Of a stretch of 64,000 nucleotides of DNA, positions 29,257-38,695 are shown piece by piece; the stretch's first letter is position 1; each line of letters starts with the position of its first letter. The notes beneath the pieces were generated by a model. It searched no databases, was not told the origin of the DNA, and saw only the letters and a program-made list of their open reading frames with translations. The stretch is from Saprospiraceae bacterium UBA2365 (GTDB taxonomy: Bacteria > Bacteroidota > Bacteroidia > Chitinophagales > Saprospiraceae), in NCBI GenBank assembly GCA_002344345.1, contig DDTL01000179.1:8849-72848 (forward strand), in the 5' to 3' direction. The position numbers and the translations under genes were made by a program.

Positions 29257-30147
29257 ATGGCAAAAAAAACTGATCTGGATAAAGGATTGAAAGCTCTTCT
29301 TGGAAATATCGAAAGTAAAAATGTTCAGGAAAGGCAGGAAGTGATACGGGAACTGAGTCATAGTACGGCGATGATCCCGATAGATGATATAGAATTCAAT
29401 CCATTTCAACCCCGGAAATACTTTTCAGATTCAGAACTGGAAGAACTTGCCTCTTCCATCAAGGCATTGGGACTGATCCAACCAGTCACAGTCCGTAGCC
29501 TTGGTGGCCAGAAATATCAGATCATTTCGGGTGAACGTCGATGGAGAGCCAGTAAACTGGCAGGTCTGACCGAAATTCCGGCTTACGTCAGGTTGGCAGA
29601 TGATCAGGCGATGATGGAAATGGCTCTGGTGGAAAATATACAACGCAGTGACCTCAATTCACTTGAAATTGCAGTGGCTTACAACAGATTGCTGGAGGAA
29701 TTCAGCCTTACACATGAGTCAGTGGCTGAAAGAGTAGGTAAAAACCGAAGCACCATTACCAATTACCTGAGACTGCTAAAATTACCTCCGACCATACAAC
29801 AAGGGATCAAAGAAGACCTGATCAGTATGGGACACGCAAAAGTTTTGGCTGGTATAGATAATCTGCCCCTTCAGCTTTCACTTTACCATGAAACTGTAAA
29901 AAATAACCTTTCAGTCAGGGCTTTGGAGAAAAAAGTGCTCGACCATCTGAGTGCTTCAACCAGATCAAAATCTGACAAAACAGAAGGATCACAGGATCCA
30001 GCCGTTTCCAGTCTCCAGAACAAACTCGTTGATCATTTTGAAACCAGGGTAGCAATTAAAAGAAATGATAAAGGCGCTGGTTTTATCCAGATTTTTTTTG
30101 ATACAGATGATGATTTTAATGAGATTTTGGACAAAATGGACATATAA
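29257..30147 (+). CDS. parB: chromosome partitioning protein ParB/Spo0J
   Basis: ParB box GERRWRAS and an HTH region (RVGKNRSTITNYLRL). Confidence 0.9.
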   Translation: MAKKTDLDKGLKALLGNIESKNVQERQEVIRELSHSTAMIPIDDIEFNPFQPRKYFSDSELEELASSIKALGLIQPVTVRSLGGQKYQIISGERRWRASKLAGLTEIPAYVRLADDQAMMEMALVENIQRSDLNSLEIAVAYNRLLEEFSLTHESVAERVGKNRSTITNYLRLLKLPPTIQQGIKEDLISMGHAKVLAGIDNLPLQLSLYHETVKNNLSVRALEKKVLDHLSASTRSKSDKTEGSQDPAVSSLQNKLVDHFETRVAIKRNDKGAGFIQIFFDTDDDFNEILDKMDI

Positions 30148-30173
30148 AATCCAAATTTTATCGTTATAACGGT

Positions 30174-30758
30174 ATGAGTCTGAAATTTTTGATATTCATC
30201 TTTCCCATTTTCATTTTTCCTGTTATCTGCTTTACACAGGAAAATATTGGTGTTGATGAAAGGGGTGCAGGTTTACCGGATACCAGCATTACCGATACAG
30301 AAGGCTTGGATATGAAAAACAAAAACACCCTCAGGGTATTGTTCAGTGGCAATCCTGGCCGGGCAGCCTTGTATTCACTGATATTTCCCGGCGCGGGCCA
30401 GGCATACAACAAAAAATACTGGAAGATTCCACTTATCTACGGAGCTTTGGCGGGGGCAGGCTATTATTATTATGATATTAACAAAAAGTACAAAGAGTTA
30501 AAATCCCTCTATCAAAATGATGTCCTGACACATCCAAATCAATCCAGTAATTACTTCCCATACTACCTTACCCAAAAAAAAGCCAGGGAACAGGCGATTT
30601 TCATCATTGTTGGTGTGCATTTATTCAATTCATTGGAAGCTTACATTGACAGACATCTGATCGATTTCGATACTGATGAAAATCTGAGCATGGAATTCAA
30701 AATCACGCCTGATCCCTTTTCCGGTGCCGGGATCAGTTTTTATTATACTTTGAAATAA
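30174..30758 (+). CDS. DUF5683 domain-containing membrane protein
   Basis: PGAGQAYNKKYWKIPLIYG motif. Its position directly downstream of parB is conserved in Bacteroidota. Confidence 0.65.
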   Translation: MSLKFLIFIFPIFIFPVICFTQENIGVDERGAGLPDTSITDTEGLDMKNKNTLRVLFSGNPGRAALYSLIFPGAGQAYNKKYWKIPLIYGALAGAGYYYYDINKKYKELKSLYQNDVLTHPNQSSNYFPYYLTQKKAREQAIFIIVGVHLFNSLEAYIDRHLIDFDTDENLSMEFKITPDPFSGAGISFYYTLK

Positions 30759-30763
30759 ACCTG

Positions 30764-32185
30764 TCACTCTGTACCATAAGCCAATGGCAACACCCTGATT
30801 TTTCCGGGATTTTGTAAAAATCTTTTTACGATCGAGTTATGATCAGGATAAAAGCTTGATTTCCGTACATTTTCTGCCAATTCCTCCGCATTCAGATAAC
30901 CTACGTCCAAACCGACAAAACCATATCCAAAGTAATTACCATTGCGCACCACAACAACAGCCATTTCATCTGAATTTCTTCCCTCATCGATCAGCACCAT
31001 ATTGGCTGGAGAAATTCTGTCTTGATTTTTTGAAGCCTCCATCACCCTGTCATTGTATGATTCGGGTGCTTCTATCCCCTGACAGGCGCCCAGGCATTTA
31101 CCGATTCTGAATTCAAAGCAAGCGTGTTCGCTTTTGTCAAGGCCCATGAGTTTACTGCACAACCGGAATTCTTCACGCAACCAGGACAGCTGGCTTTTGG
31201 CAGCCAGATAAGATGCATGCTCGGATAGGATTCGGCGATTTTTCCTGTTAGCTATAGTGTTGGATGCGATGTCGAATACAAGGTATCCGTTTGAGTTTTC
31301 GGTGAGGTAAGTAAAATAGGGAAAGGAATTATGCCTGGCAGAACGGTTAATTTCCGGTTGTAGTCTTTTAATTTCCTCATTTTCAAGCAAAAATGCCACC
31401 AGGTCGCTTCCTGTGATTTCGAATCGGATAGAATTAACCCTTTGATACAATTTGTTGGATTTGGGGTTAATGTTGTGGAAATGTTGTTTGATCCTTTTCC
31501 TGATATTCACGCTTTTACCCACATAGACCACTTCATCATCTTTGTCGGTCATGTAATAAACTCCGGTTTTTTCAGGCAGATCCTCAAGCTGTTCGTAAGA
31601 TATCGCTGGTGGTAAAGAAACGTTTTTTTGAGCAACTTGCAATAGTTTTTTTGAATTTTCATGTCCGTTTTGCTTTTGAAGGATCATGCTGAAAATAATA
31701 GAAGTGGCATGTACATCCGCCATAGCACGATGTCTGGCTTCTACTTCAATATTGAAATGTCGGATCAGGTTACCAAGGCTATAGGAACGGAGTCCGGGGA
31801 AAGCCTTTTTGGACAGATAAACCGTGCACAATTGTTTGCGTGAATAATTGAATCCAAGCCTTTTGAACTCCTCCTGAATGAATCCAAAGTCAAACCGCAC
31901 ATTGTGCGCAACAAAGACTGCATCCTCTGTCAATTCGATGATCTCCCTGGCTACCTCATAGAATTTAGGCGCCTCCTGCACCATTTCATTGGTAATACCT
32001 GTAAGTCGCGTGATAAATGGAGGAATGGACCGCTCCGGATTGATGAGACTCTGGAATTCATTGACAGTTTGCCCATCCTCTATAACCTGCATGGCGATTT
32101 CTATGATCTTCTCATGGTGAGCCGATCCTCCGGTCGTTTCAATGTCAATTATTGCATATCGATTCACTTTCAAGGCTGATTCCAA
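30764..32185 (-). CDS. DEDDh 3'-5' exonuclease (DnaQ-like) fused to a GIY-YIG nuclease domain (Cho/UvrC-N-like)
   Basis: Exo motifs YAIIDIETTG, HNVRFDFGF and HRAMADVHAT in the N-terminal third, followed by GIY-YIG GVYYMTDKDDEVVYVGKSVNIRKRIKQH. Confidence 0.8.
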   Translation of the reverse strand: MESALKVNRYAIIDIETTGGSAHHEKIIEIAMQVIEDGQTVNEFQSLINPERSIPPFITRLTGITNEMVQEAPKFYEVAREIIELTEDAVFVAHNVRFDFGFIQEEFKRLGFNYSRKQLCTVYLSKKAFPGLRSYSLGNLIRHFNIEVEARHRAMADVHATSIIFSMILQKQNGHENSKKLLQVAQKNVSLPPAISYEQLEDLPEKTGVYYMTDKDDEVVYVGKSVNIRKRIKQHFHNINPKSNKLYQRVNSIRFEITGSDLVAFLLENEEIKRLQPEINRSARHNSFPYFTYLTENSNGYLVFDIASNTIANRKNRRILSEHASYLAAKSQLSWLREEFRLCSKLMGLDKSEHACFEFRIGKCLGACQGIEAPESYNDRVMEASKNQDRISPANMVLIDEGRNSDEMAVVVVRNGNYFGYGFVGLDVGYLNAEELAENVRKSSFYPDHNSIVKRFLQNPGKIRVLPLAYGTE

Positions 32186-32392
32186 AACCTTTAAAAAAAC
32201 ACCAATATTACAATTTTTTGTTCAGGTAAAGGTAGTTCCAACGCAATAATTTAGGTGGAAACCAGATTGATCAGTTTCATGCAACTGATCAATCATCGGA
32301 ACAACAAATAAATTATATTCCCATTCCAATTTTTTGGGTGATCTTCATATAATTCTTTAGGATCTCAAATACGGAATTTTGAGATTTGAAAA

Positions 32393-32437
32393 AAAACAAT
32401 AGAAAATCAACAGATTGGATTTAAGAGTAGCAGACTC
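32393..32437. repeat. family A fragment (right-arm relic, A5) abutting family B copy B2
   Basis: ...gaaaatcaacagattggatttaagagtagcagactc aligns with the A1 end gaaaatcaacatatttgacttttcggagcagactc. Confidence 0.55.
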
Positions 32438-32450
32438 ATTTTTTTAATCC

Positions 32451-32601
32451 TAACCTGGAAGGGCAAGAACCAAATAGGAAATTGATTTAAGAACCCCGTT
32501 GGATTTACATCCTACGGGGTAAATATTCTTTGTGGGATTATTTCCAAGATCAAAATTCTTCAAAGTTCTGCCAAAAACTACTCGAATTCAATTTTTTAGA
32601 C
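32451..32601. repeat. dispersed intergenic repeat, family B, short form (copy B2)
   Basis: It has both family B ends. It also has the hairpin CCCCGTTGGAT-ttac-ATCCTACGGGG at 32494..32519. Confidence 0.8.
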
Positions 32602-32655
32602 AATAATAGAGAAAATTCACTTTTTCAATTAAAACATTCCAGTTTTATTTTGATT

Positions 32656-33123
32656 TTACTCTTCATCACGATCCAATAGTTTTTCAAAATTACTGATGAT
32701 CAGACCTTTTGCAACCTCCTTTTCCCCCGTTTTTTTGAATCCCAGTTTTTCGTAGAATTTGCAGGCCGGAAGATTTTCTCTTCCAGTACTCACAATAATC
32801 TTTCTCACATTAGAATTTATTTTCTCTGCTTCTAACAACAGAGCAGATGCTATTCCTTTCCTGAAATGATTCGGATGAACCGCAAGTCTATGAATATCAA
32901 GTATCTGCCCATAGCTTTTATAAGAAATAATTCCGGCAAGTGAACCATCCTGTTTAAAACCGTAAAACGTTTCGTTGGAATTCCTGATTTTTTCCTCGTC
33001 ATCTGACAATCCTGGAATATCAAAATAATGGATCAATTTTGCTTCGACTATATAACTAGCCTTCAATAAACTGACAATTTCTTTACTTTTATCTGAATCA
33101 TTTAAATCAATTTTATAAATCAT
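32656..33123 (-). CDS. GNAT family N-acetyltransferase
   Basis: 155 aa. The acetyl-CoA binding motif region is HRLAVHPNHFRKGIASALL. Confidence 0.8.
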   Translation of the reverse strand: MIYKIDLNDSDKSKEIVSLLKASYIVEAKLIHYFDIPGLSDDEEKIRNSNETFYGFKQDGSLAGIISYKSYGQILDIHRLAVHPNHFRKGIASALLLEAEKINSNVRKIIVSTGRENLPACKFYEKLGFKKTGEKEVAKGLIISNFEKLLDRDEE

Positions 33124-33543
33124 TATTTGATAATTATTTAAAATACAGTTATTTATAAATTTATGCTTTTATAGTAAACAGATTTTGGTATATACCTTGA
33201 TCAGTTTTAGCCTAAGATGGAATTTTGAAATTAGTTTCCAATTTCATCCTGATTATTTGCCAATACTCATTCTTTTGCGAATCCGACTCCATGATTCCGG
33301 CTCAATCCCAAAATTTCTGGCAATCTTATGCTGTGGAGCCCGTTGTATTAAATCAGGTCTGGTTAATCAAAGATTCAGATAACGATCCTTTGGAGAACTC
33401 AACTCAAATTCGGCAAATGTTTTCATGTATTTAGCCATTATGGCTAAACCTGGTGCAAGATTCATTAATTTATGATAGGGAAACTTTCTATACAGCATAG
33501 ATTCCAATTTCTTTATTCTCCCATTATTTTCAAAATTCAGGGT

Positions 33544-34212
33544 TTATTGATTATAAAAAGTCAACAATTTAATCATGTCCTCCTTGCTTTTGTATGAAAG
33601 ATTTTCTTTTTCAATAAAATCAGAAACTTCTTTATACTTATCATTCAAGACTTCAAAAAGTACTTTTTCCTTATTTAACTGGATGATTTGTCCTTCTTTA
33701 TCCAAATACAATTTTTCTTGATTAATTAATGTATCATTTTTATTCCCGACGCCCAAAGCTACATTATAATTGGAAGAAATAACCTTTGATTGATATTTAA
33801 TAGCTAAGCCTACCTTTCCACTTAAAATGATCTCAAAAAACCCTTTTTCAATTTTTCTGGATTTGAGAAAATACTTATAAGCAAAAATTCTGTTCGGCAG
33901 TTTTATTTCCAAAATATTTTCAGGTGCTCCTATCACATACGCATTATTATTGCTTTGAAACAGCATTTGATCCGTAAGCACATTATATCGCAGCATTATT
34001 CCAGAAATAACATCGCCGTTCTTTAACAGGATATCAGATAATTGCCAATCATCCAGGAAAGGCGAACCTTCAATATTCTTTGGAAGATTGTTTTCCATGT
34101 ATATGATATTATAGCCAGGTGGAGCCTCAATCCGCATATTCTGAGCATAAAGCATACCATGTATTGCTATTATGGAAAATAGCATAATCAATATTGGGAA
34201 AGGTTTGAACAT
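33544..34212 (-). CDS. hypothetical secreted protein
   Basis: Signal peptide MFKPFPILIMLFSIIAIHGMLYAQ. No family recognised. Confidence 0.5.
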   Translation of the reverse strand: MFKPFPILIMLFSIIAIHGMLYAQNMRIEAPPGYNIIYMENNLPKNIEGSPFLDDWQLSDILLKNGDVISGIMLRYNVLTDQMLFQSNNNAYVIGAPENILEIKLPNRIFAYKYFLKSRKIEKGFFEIILSGKVGLAIKYQSKVISSNYNVALGVGNKNDTLINQEKLYLDKEGQIIQLNKEKVLFEVLNDKYKEVSDFIEKENLSYKSKEDMIKLLTFYNQ

Positions 34213-34348
34213 ACTTAAAATTAACTGAACAAAACAAAATAAGCAAAACGCTAATATACTATTAATTTTATTAGTGAATTGGAATAATTCGCGAAAGTTT
34301 TATGCTAACTGTTTTTAATGAACGACATGCCAAAATATCATTGTTTAC

Positions 34349-34614
34349 TAACCCGGACGAGCTGGAACCAAATAGGAAAAAGATTTACTCCCTCATACGG
34401 GCAGGCCCCTACGGGCAGGCCCCTACGGGCAGGCAAAGGAACACTGATGAACGAGTTCAGATCTTGTATTTTATTAGAAAATCCAAAATCGTTAATCCTA
34501 TGCTTGCCCCGTTGGATATATATCCTACGGGGTGAATATTCTGTGAGTCATTATTTCTAAGATCAAAATTCGTCAAAGTTCTGCCAAATAATGCTCGAAT
34601 TCAATTTTTAAGAC
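34349..34614. repeat. dispersed intergenic repeat, family B, long form (copy B3) with an internal 14-bp tandem triplet
   Basis: Both family B ends are present. tacgggcaggcccc is repeated about 2.8 times at 34396..34434. The hairpin CCCCGTTGGAT-atat-ATCCTACGGGG lies at 34507..34532. Confidence 0.8.
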
Positions 34615-34615
34615 A

Positions 34616-34661
34616 CTAACCTTGACTAGCAAGTAACTAATAGAAAATTGATTTAGTACCC
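34616..34661. repeat. family B 5'-end fragment immediately following B3
   Basis: ctaaccttgactagcaagtaactaatagaaaattgatttagtaccc aligns with the B 5' end TAACCTGGA...AATAGGAAATTGATTTAAGAACCC. Confidence 0.55.
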
Positions 34662-35338
34662 TGAAGCTATATCAAAAGTTAAAGCCAATGATATAAAGGT
34701 TTTTACCACAAAAATTTCTGATAAAATCTAATTTATTTTTATTACCCATTCAAAAATTTTAAACGGTGAACAAATAAAAGAACAACCGATCTGATATCCC
34801 CATATGGAAAGACAGCAAAACAAATTATTTAATATGTCATTCAAATTTAACATTTTACGCTCCGATTTCTTTGATGACAAATGCTCACAAGAATAAATTT
34901 GGCTGGCATTTATACAGTTTCTAAATAGTTATTTTACAAAAAATGATTGAACAACATAAAAATTAGATTTTTTCATGCCAATATAGTATATGCTTAATCA
35001 GATGAAATGAATATCAGAATTTGATTTTCAACGGTGAATTGATTTTTCTCTTTTAGTCTTGTTTCTGATTCCGGATTCGAATGCGAAATTTGCATTTTCA
35101 AAAAGATTATAACAGTTTTGAATAGATTTTAACTAATTTTACTCTGGTCATACATGAATTTCGGTTATTTTGAAATTGCTTTCAGTTCAATAAATACGTT
35201 CATATTAATTGAACTTTCGATTTTGCTCCTTTAAAAAAACAAGAGCAAACCCGCATTAAGCAAAGGTTATGAATGAAACCAGCTATATTCTTGGGTAATC
35301 CCACGACGAGTTGTATTTTGCATAAAATATGACAAATA

Positions 35339-36637
35339 ATGGTCGAAAAACTGCTTAAAGCTTACAAATACCTGGTCGCATCCCGTACTTTCTCAATGCT
35401 TTTTATAATGGTATTTTTATCTGCTTGTCATGTAAGAAGGGCAGCAGAAAATGTCATACCTATTGATCCTGAAGTCAATCCCGTGGAAATTCCTGTGTCA
35501 ATTATTGAGCCGTATAAATCGTATCCAATACCCGGAGCAAACGACATCGAAAAGGTGTTGAATTTGATACAGGGGAAAAAAGTCGGCCTGATTGTCAATC
35601 ATACGAGTATGGTCGGGAAAAAACATCTGGTGGATACTTTATTGGCTTTGAATGTAAAAATTGACAAGATATTTGCTCCTGAACATGGCTTCAAAGGCAT
35701 TATAGAAGCTGGTGGGATCATTCAGGATTCAGCTTTGGATATGAGAAATATGATCCCTGTCGTTTCTCTTTATGGCGCTAAAAAACAACCTTCAAAAGAA
35801 GATTTGGACAGCATCGATGTTTTAATATTTGATATCCAGGATGTAGGGGTGCGGTTTTATACCTATATCTCCACCCTGCATTATGTAATGGAATCATGTG
35901 CTGAACTGAAAAAGCCATTGATCATTCTTGACAGACCTAATCCCAATGGACATTATGTGGACGGTTTCGTACTCAACAAGGAGTTTGCTTCCTATGTTGG
36001 AATGCATCCGATCCCTGTGGTTCATGGATTGACCATTGGAGAACTGGCTTTTATGATCAATGGAGAAGGTTGGTTGACAGATGGCCGCCAAATCGAGTTA
36101 TCGGTCGTTAAGAATATCAATTATTCTCACTTAAGCTTATACAATCCACCTGTCCCGCCTTCTCCGAATTTAAAGGATCACAGAGCCATCCTCTTATATC
36201 CTTCTACTTGTTTCTTTGAAGGAACTGTCATCACTGAAGGACGTGGAACCGAAAGTCCATTTGTGCAATATGGACATCCTTTATTGGAAAACATGCCTTT
36301 TCAATTCACCCCCAAATCCTCAACTTCAACATTGAGACCCAGGTACCAGGACACTTTGTGCTTTGGTTTTGATCTGAGCGAAATACAAATTGATAGCATC
36401 TGGCAAAAACGACAAATTAATCTCAATCTGATCCTTGAAATGTTTAAGATCTTTCCCGATAAAAGTACATTTTTCCTTCAAAGTCAATATATAGACAAAC
36501 TTGCAGGAACTGATAAACTCAGGTTGATGATCCTCGAAGGAAAAAGTGGGGATGAGATCAGAAATGCCTGGAAAGAAGAACTCCAGTCTTATAAAACCTT
36601 GCGAAAGAAGTATTTACTTTATAAGGATTTTGAATAA
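35339..36637 (+). CDS. DUF1343 family protein (NamZ-like exo-beta-N-acetylmuramidase)
   Basis: 432 aa. The motifs VGLIVNHTSMVG, FAPEHGFKG and DIQDVGVRFYTYISTL are typical of DUF1343/NamZ. Confidence 0.8.
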   Translation: MVEKLLKAYKYLVASRTFSMLFIMVFLSACHVRRAAENVIPIDPEVNPVEIPVSIIEPYKSYPIPGANDIEKVLNLIQGKKVGLIVNHTSMVGKKHLVDTLLALNVKIDKIFAPEHGFKGIIEAGGIIQDSALDMRNMIPVVSLYGAKKQPSKEDLDSIDVLIFDIQDVGVRFYTYISTLHYVMESCAELKKPLIILDRPNPNGHYVDGFVLNKEFASYVGMHPIPVVHGLTIGELAFMINGEGWLTDGRQIELSVVKNINYSHLSLYNPPVPPSPNLKDHRAILLYPSTCFFEGTVITEGRGTESPFVQYGHPLLENMPFQFTPKSSTSTLRPRYQDTLCFGFDLSEIQIDSIWQKRQINLNLILEMFKIFPDKSTFFLQSQYIDKLAGTDKLRLMILEGKSGDEIRNAWKEELQSYKTLRKKYLLYKDFE

Positions 36638-36891
36638 ATCAATACTCCCTATAAGACATAAAACCAATATAAATTATCGGTTATTGCATAATAATTCTGC
36701 AAAAGACCATGAACCCGGATCCTCGAGATCAAGTGTGGTAGCACAACTTTTTGAAAGTTTAAAAACCAAAGAAAGAAAAGTTGAAACCCAATCAAGTCAA
36801 TTTCATTACCATTATAAAATGAATAAATGCACAAATGATTCCATTGGAAACCTACTGTTGACCTCCTTTTTATAAGGAAAAACTGAAAGTT

Positions 36892-37087
36892 GAGTCTACT
36901 CCGAAAAGTCCGATTTGCCTATTTTCAATCATTTTTTGCTCCAACCTACTGACGTCAAAGATGGTGATAACTGGCTTCATCATTGCTGAACGTCAGCGGA
37001 AGACTAATTGGAAACGTTTGAAATACAATAATTTATAAGTCTCTTTCAAAAGGCTTTTGTAGACAAAGACTTTAACGAGCAGGCTCA
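36892..37087. repeat. MITE-like palindromic element, family A (copy A3, more diverged)
   Basis: Left end gagtctactccgaaaagtccgatttg..attttcaatc and core ctactgacgtcaaag. The right end gactttaacgagcaggctc matches the left TIR at 14 of 19 positions. Same orientation as A2. Confidence 0.75.
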
Positions 37088-37238
37088 AAATCTATAAAGT
37101 CATATCTTTAAAATTGATATTCAAACATCAATTATTTGTACCTGTTCAATTGATTGTCCGCCCAATTCGGGTTCAAAAAGCTTATTATGTTGAGCAATTT
37201 ATCATTTACCATTATACATAAACAGTATAAATTAATTG

Positions 37239-37246
37239 TAAATTTG
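37239..37246 (+). promoter_or_regulatory. candidate -7 promoter element (TAnnTTTG)
   Basis: taaatttg lies 49 nt upstream of the ATG at 37295. Confidence 0.35.
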
Positions 37247-37294
37247 TTGGTTTTCTATCGAAAAATAACCAATAAATTGATCAAAATATAAGCT

Positions 37295-38617
37295 ATGATA
37301 TCCGGATTATTCCTGAAATTGTTGTTGTCCGTCATCATTGGCGGCACCATAGGGCTTGAACGGGAAAGCATCGACGAAAAACTCACCAACATTGGCGGGA
37401 TCAGAACCTATGCATTGATCGCCCTGACAGGATCTATCAGTGGGATACTTTTATTGAATGGATTTGAATCTCTTGCAGTCCTGATCAGTGGTGGGATCTT
37501 GGCTATGGTACTGATTTACTACTTCATAGGAGCTACAGCAACCCGATTTTACAGTATTTCAAGTGAACTTTCAGCTTTGCTAACATATCTCGTTGGTTTA
37601 CTCCTGATTGTTGATATCATACCACTTGAAATCACTGTAGCGATTTTCGTCATTGTGATTTTCATACTTTCCGTTAAATCCAAAACAAATAAATTGGTTT
37701 CAGGCATTTCAAGAAATGAATTACAATCTTTTATCAGTTATGCCATCATAGCTTTGGTGATCATGCCTATATTGCCTGACACCTCATACACGATGAAAGA
37801 TATTCCTGTTTTACCGGATATTTTCTCTGCAATGGATGTTGACATAGAAAAATTCTCGGAAATTGATCTGATAAACCCAAGGAAAATTTGGTTAGTGGTA
37901 GTTTTGATCACCGGAATTGATGTGGTGGGTTATGTACTTGGTAAAATTGTGGGGAGCAAGAAAGGTTTTGCACTGACAAGCTTCATGGCAGGATTTATTT
38001 CTTCAACCTCAGCAACTCAGTCATTGGCTCAAAGAAGTAAAACCACCACATATATGAATCATTTAGTTGGTGCGGCTGTTCTGGCAAATCTGGCAAGTTT
38101 TCTCCAGATATTTCTGCTAGTTGGCCCTTTGAATGCCAAATGGCTGGTCAGCATCCTCCCGGCTATTTTAACCATGATCCTGGCAGCCGGCATTATTTCT
38201 ATGTATTTACTTCGCAAAAATGAACCTCAGGAAAACGAAGAAAATATTGAACATTCTAAGCAAACAAAAATATTTTCGCTTCTTCCGGCATTGAGATTCG
38301 CTGTAATACTCGTTTTGGTGAAAATCATCACAAAAACATGCCTGATTTTATTCGGTAATTCAGGTTTTGTTATTAGTTCAGTCATTGCTTCTTTCGCCGG
38401 AATTGATGCCATCATGGTCAATCTTGCTGAAATGGCAGGTAGATCCATCAGTTTTCAGTTTGCATTGCTCACCTTTATCCTGGTGAACGCTACCAATCTG
38501 ATAAGTAAAACATTTTATTCTTTCCTATTGGGTAATAAAAAATTTGCTTACAAATTTATGGTCTCCTCGTTGCTGATCATTATAGCAGGAGCAGTGTGGC
38601 TGATGTTTACTATGTGA
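37295..38617 (+). CDS. MgtC/SapB family membrane protein with a DUF4010-type C-terminal domain
   Basis: The N-terminal GGTIGLERE is the MgtC signature. 440 aa with more than 10 TM segments. Confidence 0.75.
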   Translation: MISGLFLKLLLSVIIGGTIGLERESIDEKLTNIGGIRTYALIALTGSISGILLLNGFESLAVLISGGILAMVLIYYFIGATATRFYSISSELSALLTYLVGLLLIVDIIPLEITVAIFVIVIFILSVKSKTNKLVSGISRNELQSFISYAIIALVIMPILPDTSYTMKDIPVLPDIFSAMDVDIEKFSEIDLINPRKIWLVVVLITGIDVVGYVLGKIVGSKKGFALTSFMAGFISSTSATQSLAQRSKTTTYMNHLVGAAVLANLASFLQIFLLVGPLNAKWLVSILPAILTMILAAGIISMYLLRKNEPQENEENIEHSKQTKIFSLLPALRFAVILVLVKIITKTCLILFGNSGFVISSVIASFAGIDAIMVNLAEMAGRSISFQFALLTFILVNATNLISKTFYSFLLGNKKFAYKFMVSSLLIIIAGAVWLMFTM

Positions 38618-38638
38618 AAAATGGTATGAATAAAAACC

Positions 38639-38665
38639 TGCCGGACAGCATTCAACAGTCCGGCA
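38639..38665. terminator. bidirectional stem-loop between convergent genes
   Basis: TGCCGGAC-agcattcaaca-GTCCGGCA (8-bp GC-rich stem) lies between the stops at 38617 (+) and 38696 (-). Confidence 0.5.
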
Positions 38666-38695
38666 AGTTACAAGATTTAACCCTAAACAATCTTT

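Noticed and set aside
28244-30147. Search for a canonical parS site (TGTTNCACGTGAAACA) or DnaA boxes near parAB, as a possible sign of oriC.
   Set aside because: I found no convincing match by eye. parAB is not reliably origin-proximal in Bacteroidota, so I make no origin call.
33367-33369. In-frame TGA as a recoded codon (selenocysteine, or a TGA-sense genetic code).
   Set aside because: TGA terminates the well-supported nagB-like gene in this window. No SECIS-like hairpin is evident just downstream. A nonsense mutation or a chance ORF is the simpler explanation.
34302-34560. ORFs 34302..34535 (+) and 34318..34560 (+).
   Set aside because: Both lie almost entirely within repeat copy B3, including its 14-bp tandem section, which produces the repetitive PTGR/APTG peptides. 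The homologous repeat copies elsewhere do not keep these frames.
36717-36727. Adjacent BamHI and XhoI sites (ggatcctcgag), reminiscent of a cloning polylinker.
   Set aside because: It is a single 11-bp occurrence with no other vector-like sequence, primer sites or junction features around it. It is most likely chance.
36546-36875. 109-aa ORF (+) overlapping the 3' end of the namZ-like gene, and 36649..36834 (-).
   Set aside because: It is out of frame with a well-supported gene and then runs through AT-rich spacer. It has no recognisable features.
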